A stretch of 8,608 nt of DNA from Promethearchaeota archaeon (GCA_027031765.1 JALVPN010000210.1:1-8608), one strand, 5' to 3'; shown: positions 1 through 6,288, numbered from the stretch's first letter. Numbers and translations: made by a program. Notes: generated by a model from the sequence alone, not told the origin.

Positions 1-173
1 TCATCTCTCAGGCCTTCCAGTGTGTACTGTGCACGTATCTCTCCAAACACACGTTGCTCGAACTCGGTGAACTCGGACCGAGAGCCCGTCACCTCAATAC
101 TGCTCAGGACGGCAATGGAGGCCCCTATTCCTTCACGGTCAACACGGAACTCTAGTTGTGGTGTACGTGTCAT
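1..173 (-). CDS. B3/4 (PheRS beta-like, tRNA-binding/editing) domain protein, N-terminal part, runs off the window edge
   Basis: Not in the ORF track. Manual translation from ATG at 173: MTRTPQLEFRVDREGIGASIAVLSSIEVTGSRSEFTEFEQRVFGEIRAQYTLEGLRD, open to position 1, with a GGTGG SD about 9 nt upstream. The ending EIRAQYTLEGLRD matches the remembered N-terminal pattern of archaeal stand-alone B3/4 proteins (..YTLExLKDDPxVRAYR..DPTK). The diagnostic core lies outside the window. Confidence 0.65.
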   Translation of the reverse strand, partial: MTRTPQLEFRVDREGIGASIAVLSSIEVTGSRSEFTEFEQRVFGEIRAQYTLEGLRD

Positions 174-393
174 CGGCTGTCGCCACCAGTCCAGTGTGGG
201 GCCCGGCCCTTCACGGCACCGGCCCTCTGACCTGGCATGTCGACCACTGCTGGGCCAGACTGTCGGGCGTGACGCTGTCCCAGGTCGCCGGTGCGTACGG
301 GTCACGCCACGGACACTTGCCCGGGCACTTTTCCCGGTTGCGGACAGGTGCTCGGCGCCCGACGCCAGACGCCCGCTGGCCGTACCCGTCGTC

Positions 394-744
394 TTACCGC
401 TTGTCGAGGAGCGGGATCACGCAGATGAATGTGAAGTCTTCGGTGCCCTCACGGTTGTCGTAGCCGTGTGGCGCCTCTGATGGTATGAAGACCACATCGT
501 CCTTCTTCGCTACGCGGCCGGCCATGTCCCCGAGGAGCTTGGCCTGGCCGTTCAGCACGTAGATCTCATGCTCTTCTGGGTGATGGTGTTCTGGTATGAT
601 ACCTCCCGCCTTGATGTTGAACCAACGCATCGCGTAGGTCTTCGCCCCGGTGCGCCGGTCAATGAGCCAGCGCATCGTGGCCTTTTCTGCACCTGGCAGC
701 TCTACAGGTATCTCCTCACGTTCCGCGTAGTTCATCACGTACAT
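394..744 (-). CDS. Cupin-domain metalloprotein (TM1459-like, single-domain cupin)
   Basis: Cupin motif 1 GGIIPEHHHPEEHEIYVLNG and motif 2 DVVFIPSEAPHGYDN, plus C-terminal FICVIP. Start moved from 837 to ATG 744 (MYVMNY) because GGTGA (752-756) lies 7 nt upstream and the longer ORF runs through the AT-rich promoter. Confidence 0.9.
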   Translation of the reverse strand: MYVMNYAEREEIPVELPGAEKATMRWLIDRRTGAKTYAMRWFNIKAGGIIPEHHHPEEHEIYVLNGQAKLLGDMAGRVAKKDDVVFIPSEAPHGYDNREGTEDFTFICVIPLLDKR

Positions 745-787
745 GTCGTCGTCACCCAAGAAGTTTCCCGACCACACGTAGGTGGCC

Positions 788-797
788 GATATAATAG
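788..797 (-). promoter_or_regulatory. Putative TATA box for the cupin gene
   Basis: Minus strand reads CTATTATATC, an AT-rich island about 45 nt upstream of ATG 744. Confidence 0.5.
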
Positions 798-861
798 TCT
801 TAGGATATGATATGGCAGACTTGATGGGCAGTGGCATGCACTTCCCGTCGAGTGATAGACT

Positions 862-874
862 AGAAAGGTTAAAC
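862..874 (+). promoter_or_regulatory. BRE-TATA promoter for the Vps28-like gene
   Basis: AGAAAGGTTAAAC: purine-rich BRE followed by TTAAA, about 70 nt upstream of ATG 944. GGTGA SD at 935-939. Confidence 0.6.
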
Positions 875-943
875 TAGCCCTCCCGATACAGCACTCAGTG
901 ACAGTGTGGTGGACTGTACCTGAGAGCTATGGTTGGTGAGCCA

Positions 944-1471
944 ATGAGCGAGCAAGACACGTATCTCCGGGCCAAGCTGACGGACATCAATGTGGCTATC
1001 GAACGACTGACAGAGATGCTCAGCCGCATGATTGAGGTGATATCGAAGATCACGGATGTCCAGGAGGTCACCAGCGAGCTGGTGGTGGCAGTCGAGGCCA
1101 ACGGTGAGAAGCTAGATGAGGTACTGAGCATACTGAAGAGTGCCGGCGCTCCCAGCGTGAGGGCTGCACCGGAGCGCGGCCGCGCGGCGACCGCAGACAT
1201 GGGCATAGTCAGTTCCCTCCAGACACTCCTCGACACGCTCGAGTCGCAGGTCCGAGAAGGGGTCATTGCCAGCGACCTCGCAAAGAAGGTCGGTGATGCT
1301 GCTGACACCATGGAGCAGAAGATCGGGAGCGGGCCCCTTGTGGTCAAGATGAGACGATGGGTCCGCATACTCAGGACATACGGTCGTGTCGACCCAGTCT
1401 CTCCAGCCGATATCACGAAGCTCCGACAGGAGATCCGCGAGTGGAGCAGAGAACTGGCCATAAAGCGGTAG
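944..1471 (+). CDS. Coiled-coil protein with a C-terminal Vps28 (ESCRT-I) CTD-like four-helix bundle
   Basis: ATG 944 follows GGTGA (935-939); ATG 929 is an alternative start. Heptad region at about 977-1138, Ala/Pro/Arg linker, then a helical domain (1205-1456) resembling remembered yeast and human Vps28 C-terminal domains. The CDS itself is near-certain; the Vps28 assignment is a by-eye alignment. Confidence 0.7.
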   Translation: MSEQDTYLRAKLTDINVAIERLTEMLSRMIEVISKITDVQEVTSELVVAVEANGEKLDEVLSILKSAGAPSVRAAPERGRAATADMGIVSSLQTLLDTLESQVREGVIASDLAKKVGDAADTMEQKIGSGPLVVKMRRWVRILRTYGRVDPVSPADITKLRQEIREWSRELAIKR

Positions 1472-1811
1472 TCGCTCCAGAATGGAGTCCCGAGCACATG
1501 ACATGACCTGTCATCCCTTTCCATGCCGTGGCCCCGCGCAGGCAAAGACCCCTCATAGACCATGACACACACAACGCCGTGTGGTCGCCTGCCTGCCCGT
1601 ATGTGATATGGCGTCACCTTGTGGCCCTGCGCCGTCCCGGCCACTCCAGATACCCGGGCCTGTACCGGGGCCCCGCCGTCAGACCTTGGCGCCGGATGCA
1701 GCCGTGCCCTCCATTGCACCAGCCAGCCCCCATTCAGTCGCAGAGGGCCCCTGCAACATCCGAAACAGTCCTATTGCTCTGTGGCCACTACTCACTGTCT
1801 GGTGACCCACC

Positions 1812-3635
1812 TTGAAAGACCTGAAACGCCTCGTCCGTGCACTCCCCGACTCACCAGGGGTCTACATGTGGAAGGGCGTTGACGGGGAGGTCCTGTACGT
1901 GGGAAAGGCGAAGTCTCTCCGCAGGCGGGTCGCCTCGTACCTCCGACCGCAGGGCCGCGACCGCAAGACATCTGACCTCATGGCCTTGGCCCGTGACCTC
2001 GACACCATACTTACCCGGAGCGAGCGGGAGGCACTGTTACTGGAGGCCACACTCATCCGAAAGCACAGGCCCCGGTTCAACATTGCGCTCAAGGACGACA
2101 GGAGACATGCATGGATCCGTGTGGACATGACCGCTCCAGTGCCGAGCTTCCAGGTCACACGTGATGTGACACGTGACGGCGCCCGCTATTTTGGCCCATA
2201 CGGCAGCACCCGCCGCGTGGAGCGAATCATGGACACCGTCCGCAGGACAATGCCTGTTGCGACATGTGCCAGTCCCGAGTCCGTCAGACGTCCGTGCCTC
2301 GACCATCACCTGGGGCGCTGTGCAGCCCCGTGTGTGGGCAAGATATCCCACGAGGAGTACCGCCGCCTGGCAGAACAGATGTGCATGTACCTTGACGGCC
2401 GGACGGACGAGCTGATACGTGTGCTCCGGCAGATGATGACGGGGGCGGCTGCACGCATGGACTACGAGGCTGCTGCGGTCCTGCGTGACAGGATTGCAGA
2501 CATCGAGGCCATGACACGACACCAGCGGGTGTACAACCCAGAGGGCCCTGACCGTGATGTCCTGGGCATTGCCCGGGAGGGCGACGTGGCGGTCGTCGAA
2601 CTCCTGATGTTCAGGCATGGACGCCTGCTCGGTACCGACAGCTTCCCCATCGCATCCGGCCCTGACGTGGCTGATGCAGACATCCTGACCGCCTTCGTCG
2701 AACAGTTCTACTTCACCGTTCCCCGTGTGCCGTCTGAGATCGTGTTGCCCACTCCGGTGCCACAGATGGACGAGATGAGCGCATGGCTGGCTCATGAGGT
2801 GGGCCACGAGGTCCGCCTGCTTGCCGCCGACAATGACACACTGCATGACCTCGTGGACATGGCAAGTACCAATGCCCGTCACGCCCTTGGTAGGTGGCTG
2901 CTCCTACACGACGGCAAGGCAGCCGCTGTACACGCGGGTGTGCGGGCCCTCCGCGAAGCACTTGCCCTCCACAGAGCACCGGTGCACATCGAGGGTTTCG
3001 ACATCGCAGACATCCATGGTACTGATGCTACAGGCTCGTGTGTCGTCTTCAGGAATGGCGAGCCAGACCCGTCATCGTACAGGATGTTCAGGGTGCGTAC
3101 CGTGTCGGGGCCCGACGACTACGCCATGATGCGGGAGGTCGTACTCCGGAGGTACCGGGGCCTCCTGACCCGGGGCGGACAGCTCCCGGACCTGGTGCTG
3201 GTGGACGGCGGTCTCGGACAGCTCGGCGCTGCTATGGATGCCTTGCAGGTACTTGGACTTGACTACCTCCCAGTGGCAGCCCTCGCAAAGAAACACGAGA
3301 CCGTGTTCACAGCGGACAGGCGCGACGGTATCGTGCTCCCCGAGGGCTCGCCTGCACTCCGCCTGCTCCAACACATCCGGGACGAGGCCCACCGGTTTGC
3401 ACGGCGCTACCACCACAAGCTCAGGGCACAACGCGTTGCAGGTTCCGTCCTGGAAATGGTGCCTGGCATCGGTCCCCGGCGGCGTGCGGCACTGTTCAGG
3501 GCATTCGGTAGTGTTGATGGGGTGCGTCGTGCAAGTCTTGAGGAGCTGGCCTCGGTTGACGGTATGACCCTCCCTGTGGCACGCCGCCTGCGCGAGTGGC
3601 TCGATGCAGAGGAGTCCTCTCAGTCGCCGTCCTGA
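1812..3635 (+). CDS. uvrC: Excinuclease ABC subunit C
   Basis: TTG start with GGTGA SD at 1801-1805. GIY-YIG (PGVYMW..LYVGKAKSLRRRVASY, EALLLE, RFN), four-Cys region (CASPESVRRPCLDHHLGRCAAPC), UVR domain (MDYEAAAVLRDRI), RNase H-like domain (GFD, DDYAMMREV, LVDGGLGQL, LAK, IRDEAHRFA) and tandem HhH (VPGIGPRRR). 607 aa, full length. Confidence 0.97.
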   Translation: MKDLKRLVRALPDSPGVYMWKGVDGEVLYVGKAKSLRRRVASYLRPQGRDRKTSDLMALARDLDTILTRSEREALLLEATLIRKHRPRFNIALKDDRRHAWIRVDMTAPVPSFQVTRDVTRDGARYFGPYGSTRRVERIMDTVRRTMPVATCASPESVRRPCLDHHLGRCAAPCVGKISHEEYRRLAEQMCMYLDGRTDELIRVLRQMMTGAAARMDYEAAAVLRDRIADIEAMTRHQRVYNPEGPDRDVLGIAREGDVAVVELLMFRHGRLLGTDSFPIASGPDVADADILTAFVEQFYFTVPRVPSEIVLPTPVPQMDEMSAWLAHEVGHEVRLLAADNDTLHDLVDMASTNARHALGRWLLLHDGKAAAVHAGVRALREALALHRAPVHIEGFDIADIHGTDATGSCVVFRNGEPDPSSYRMFRVRTVSGPDDYAMMREVVLRRYRGLLTRGGQLPDLVLVDGGLGQLGAAMDALQVLGLDYLPVAALAKKHETVFTADRRDGIVLPEGSPALRLLQHIRDEAHRFARRYHHKLRAQRVAGSVLEMVPGIGPRRRAALFRAFGSVDGVRRASLEELASVDGMTLPVARRLREWLDAEESSQSPS

Positions 3636-3637
3636 CT

Positions 3638-5329
3638 TCACTCCTCACCCGTGCTGTCATCCCCCTGCGTGCCGTCCTCATCCTTGGCGGAGGGCGTGGC
3701 GTCACTTTCAGTCACCGTGTCCTCTTCAGGGCCCGTTTCCTCATGTGGGATCCCTTCGGACTCCGGGACGGCCCCACCCTCTGGTGGTGGCCTTGGCTCC
3801 TGTTCGAGCACTGGCGCAGGTTTTTCCGACTCTGGTGGTGGCGGCAGTTCGGATGTGGTCGTGTGTGGGGCGGGTGTCGTGGCGGGAGCGCGCACTGGAG
3901 TGGCCGGTGAGATGTTCTGTTCCTCGGGGATGGGCACTGGTGCCTCTTCCTTCTCCAGTGGGCCGATCTCCGAGATGATGGCCTCCAGTGGCACCGGTTC
4001 GCCAGCGGCCTCGAGTCCGAGGTACCTGCTACGTCCGTAGAGGCCGTAGACGGCAAGTCCGATAACTGTCAGGAGCGCACCCAGCTGGAGCGTGGTGGTA
4101 CTCATACTCGGGACAAGGAGCAGGCAGGTCGCCATCCCGATCAGTGGTATTGCTGGGTAGAGACGCGACTTGAACGTGCCAGGTACACTGAGCCCTTTCT
4201 CGCGCAGGAATATCACCGAGATGTTCACAATTGACAGGCCCACGAGGTACCCGAAACCTGACAGTGATGCTACCAGCTCCACGTTCCCCGACGATGCAAA
4301 GATGCAGACCATGATGAGCGTAAAGACGAGTGCTGGCACGGGCGTCCTCAGTCTTGGGTGTACGGACTCGAGGACGGTCGGGAAGAACCTGTCCCTACCC
4401 AGGGAGTATGCCACCCTCGCCGATGCGAGGAACGTGGCGTTCAGGGCAGCATAGTTTGAGGCCGCCATGCCTGCAAGTCCGAGATAGTATGCCCCCGGGC
4501 CCATTATGACACCGAAGACATCCGAGATGGGTACGTGCGAGTCCTGTACAAAGCTGTACCCACGCACCCCCACTATTACCAGTGCCGCGGCCATGTAGAT
4601 TGCGGTGGCTATGAACAGAGTGAGCATGATTGCACGTGGGATGTTCTTTGCAGGGTCCTTTATCTCCTCGCTGGCAGTCGTTATCAACTCGAAGCCCACG
4701 AATGAGATGTAGATGAACGACACTGTGGCCATGAACTCGTGGAGCCCGGCCCCCTCCTTCATCCAGGGCGTGAGGTTCTCAGGCTGTACAAAGAACAGCC
4801 CGATGGCGATGAACGAGAACAGGACGAACGACTGGGCGATGTTCAGGAACCCCAGTACGCCGGCGACGCCCTTTATGCTGACCAGGTTCGTGATGAAGGT
4901 GATGACAATGAACACGATTGCAATCATCCCGATGGTGTGCTCGGTGGCCCCCGGGATGAACACAGCAAGGGTGTGTGCGACCGCAAGGGCATACAGTCCA
5001 CACGCAACAATGTTACCGATGAGGAGGAACCAGCCTGTGAGGAATGCGGGGAACCCGCCAATCGTGTCATGTGCAAAGGTGTACCCCCCACCCTGTTTCG
5101 GTATCGAACAGGCGAGTTCGGCGTAGTTGATGGCCGTGAAGACTGTAACAATCCCTGTGGCCAGGAACGCGAACACCACCGCTGGGCCGACCATGCCAGC
5201 CGCAGTGCCCGAAATCACGTAGATGCCGCCACCAAGCATCGCCCCCAGGCCAATGTTAGTAGCGCCAACAAGTCCCAGTCGACGGGCGAACTTGCCTTCC
5301 GGCTCCTCGCCCCAGACCGCCTCAACCAA
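3638..5329 (-). CDS. APC-superfamily amino-acid permease (12 TM) with a 131-aa acidic Pro-rich C-terminal tail
   Basis: TTG start with AGGTGG SD at 5336-5341. TM1 IGLGAMLGGGIY, TM6-loop SFVGFELITTASEEIKDPAKNIPRAI, ARVAYSLGRD, HPRLRTP. Twelve hydrophobic segments counted by eye. Confidence 0.93.
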   Translation of the reverse strand: MVEAVWGEEPEGKFARRLGLVGATNIGLGAMLGGGIYVISGTAAGMVGPAVVFAFLATGIVTVFTAINYAELACSIPKQGGGYTFAHDTIGGFPAFLTGWFLLIGNIVACGLYALAVAHTLAVFIPGATEHTIGMIAIVFIVITFITNLVSIKGVAGVLGFLNIAQSFVLFSFIAIGLFFVQPENLTPWMKEGAGLHEFMATVSFIYISFVGFELITTASEEIKDPAKNIPRAIMLTLFIATAIYMAAALVIVGVRGYSFVQDSHVPISDVFGVIMGPGAYYLGLAGMAASNYAALNATFLASARVAYSLGRDRFFPTVLESVHPRLRTPVPALVFTLIMVCIFASSGNVELVASLSGFGYLVGLSIVNISVIFLREKGLSVPGTFKSRLYPAIPLIGMATCLLLVPSMSTTTLQLGALLTVIGLAVYGLYGRSRYLGLEAAGEPVPLEAIISEIGPLEKEEAPVPIPEEQNISPATPVRAPATTPAPHTTTSELPPPPESEKPAPVLEQEPRPPPEGGAVPESEGIPHEETGPEEDTVTESDATPSAKDEDGTQGDDSTGEE

Positions 5330-5402
5330 CTGTGGCCACCTGCCTAGAGCAGATGGCCGTCCTTACGGGGGCCATTGTGATTTGGAGCGTGCCAGTGCCC
5401 CT

Positions 5403-5417
5403 CTTTTGAAGGTTTTG
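5403..5417 (-). promoter_or_regulatory. BRE-TATA-like promoter for the permease
   Basis: Minus strand reads CAAAACCTTCAAAAG, close to the archaeal BRE + TTTAAA pattern. Implies a transcription start near 5380. Confidence 0.5.
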
Positions 5418-5486
5418 TATGTGCTTGTAGAGGCGTCCAATGCGCATCTGGGAGCCCTCCTGACCCCGAGATACAGTACCCCGAGA

Positions 5487-5494
5487 CTTAAATT
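5487..5494 (+). promoter_or_regulatory. Putative TATA box for the ferredoxin gene
   Basis: CTTAAATT, about 65 nt upstream of ATG 5557. Confidence 0.5.
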
Positions 5495-5556
5495 GAGACC
5501 CGTAGGCATGCGGCACCGGACAACATTTCTCGTGTCCACAAGGCGAGTGATAAACG

Positions 5557-5763
5557 ATGATGTGGAAGGTCAACGTAGAGAAGTGCACAGCATGTGGTAC
5601 GTGTGCCGATGTCTGCCCGGTAGACCCGCCGCTCTATGTCATTGAGCCCTACGGTGATACTGGCGAAGAGAAGGCAGTCTATCAGGAGGACCGTGCAGAC
5701 GAGTGCACGGAGTGCTATGCCTGCGTCGACTCGTGCCCCGAAGGCGCTATTGAGGAGGCCTAG
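5557..5763 (+). CDS. 2[4Fe-4S] dicluster ferredoxin
   Basis: Two CxxCxxCxxxCP motifs (CTACGTCADVCP and CTECYACVDSCP), acidic, 68 aa, ends GAIEEA. Start is ATG 5557 or 5560. Confidence 0.95.
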   Translation: MMWKVNVEKCTACGTCADVCPVDPPLYVIEPYGDTGEEKAVYQEDRADECTECYACVDSCPEGAIEEA

Positions 5764-5845
5764 TGTGGTCCTCACCAGTAGGTCTGGAGGGCGAACAGGA
5801 GCAGGCCGGACAGTCGTATCACTTTCAGTCAGCAGGACAGGGATG

Positions 5846-5885
5846 CCAGCCGGTCATCCCTGTCACTATGTTTTTCTCCCACACG
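5846..5885 (+). terminator. Perfect 10-bp hairpin followed by a T-run (terminator-like)
   Basis: GACAGGGATG (5846-5855), 9-nt loop, CATCCCTGTC (5865-5874), then ACTATGTTTTT. About 80 nt downstream of the ferredoxin stop. Confidence 0.55.
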
Positions 5886-5978
5886 GCATCTGTCCACAGT
5901 CAGACAGTGCGGCAGACCTGACCGGGGCTCACCGCACCCAGCCCTCTGAGTGATCCGACTGACAGACCCGTCCACACC

Positions 5979-6242
5979 TCACCGTTTCCTGTATGGCTCC
6001 CCGAACACCTCATTGAAGAAGGCCTCAAGGCTACTGTCGTCAAGGATCACCTTCACCATGGCGAAGGCGTCCTCTCTGGGGTCGAAGCTCCCAGTGACCT
6101 TGACAATGCCTGTACCAGACCCTTCGTCCGCCATCAGAATCGTCTTCTCCTCGTCCACCTCTTCGTGGAGGTCAAACCTCTCCCGGACACGGGTCATCTT
6201 CGCACGGTACTCGTCGGGGCTCACCCGATAGAACAGTTTCAT
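5979..6242 (-). CDS. Small alpha/beta hypothetical protein (87 aa)
   Basis: Protein-like composition with amphipathic helices and strands (MKLFYRVSPDEY..EEVDEEKTILM..AMVKVILDDSSLEAFFNEVFGEPY). GGTG 5 nt upstream of the ATG. Fills the gap between the ferredoxin and PLD genes. No family recognised. Confidence 0.8.
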   Translation of the reverse strand: MKLFYRVSPDEYRAKMTRVRERFDLHEEVDEEKTILMADEGSGTGIVKVTGSFDPREDAFAMVKVILDDSSLEAFFNEVFGEPYRKR

Positions 6243-6281
6243 GACAGCACCGCCGGTATCCCCGTGCTACGCTATGGATTC

Positions 6282-6288
6282 ATTTATC
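6282..6288 (+). promoter_or_regulatory. Possible TATA element in the divergent hypothetical/PLD spacer
   Basis: ATTTATC is the only AT-rich patch in the 85-nt spacer, about 40 nt upstream of TTG 6328. Confidence 0.35.

Noticed and set aside
221-229. CAGAGGGC(C) in three spacers (221-229, 1741-1749, 5941-5948)
   Set aside because: Short GC-rich non-palindromic word; about one such triple is expected by chance, and one copy is not upstream of a gene.
318-327. 10-bp palindrome TGCCCGGGCA
   Set aside because: Isolated, GC-rich and with no promoter context.
22-480. Plus-strand ORFs 22-480 and 158-463
   Set aside because: They overlap the real minus-strand B3/4 and cupin genes and have non-protein-like composition.
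885-894. GATACAGCAC here and GATACAGTAC at 5470-5479, both near TATA boxes
   Set aside because: A rough count shows 9/10 matches are expected by chance in this much intergenic DNA, and their positions relative to the TATA box differ.
895-1719. 274-aa antisense ORF over the Vps28-like gene
   Set aside because: Ser/Arg-rich shadow frame with no motifs or SD; the plus-strand gene has a promoter, an SD and recognisable structure.
1779-1788. CTGTGGCCAC near both the uvrC start and the permease start (5330-5339)
   Set aside because: Repeated 10-mers are common by chance in 8.6 kb, and spacing and orientation relative to the starts differ.
1528-1815. 95-aa ORF whose TGA overlaps the uvrC TTG start (apparent translational coupling)
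   Set aside because: TTG-AAA creates a TGA automatically, uvrC has its own SD, and the peptide is not protein-like.
5764-5981. Selenocysteine or pyrrolysine read-through at TGA/TAG stops, with the 5846-5874 hairpin as a SECIS
   Set aside because: Read-through after the 1471, 5763 and 5979 stops gives early stops or non-protein-like sequence, and the hairpin lacks the paired GA core on its 3' side.
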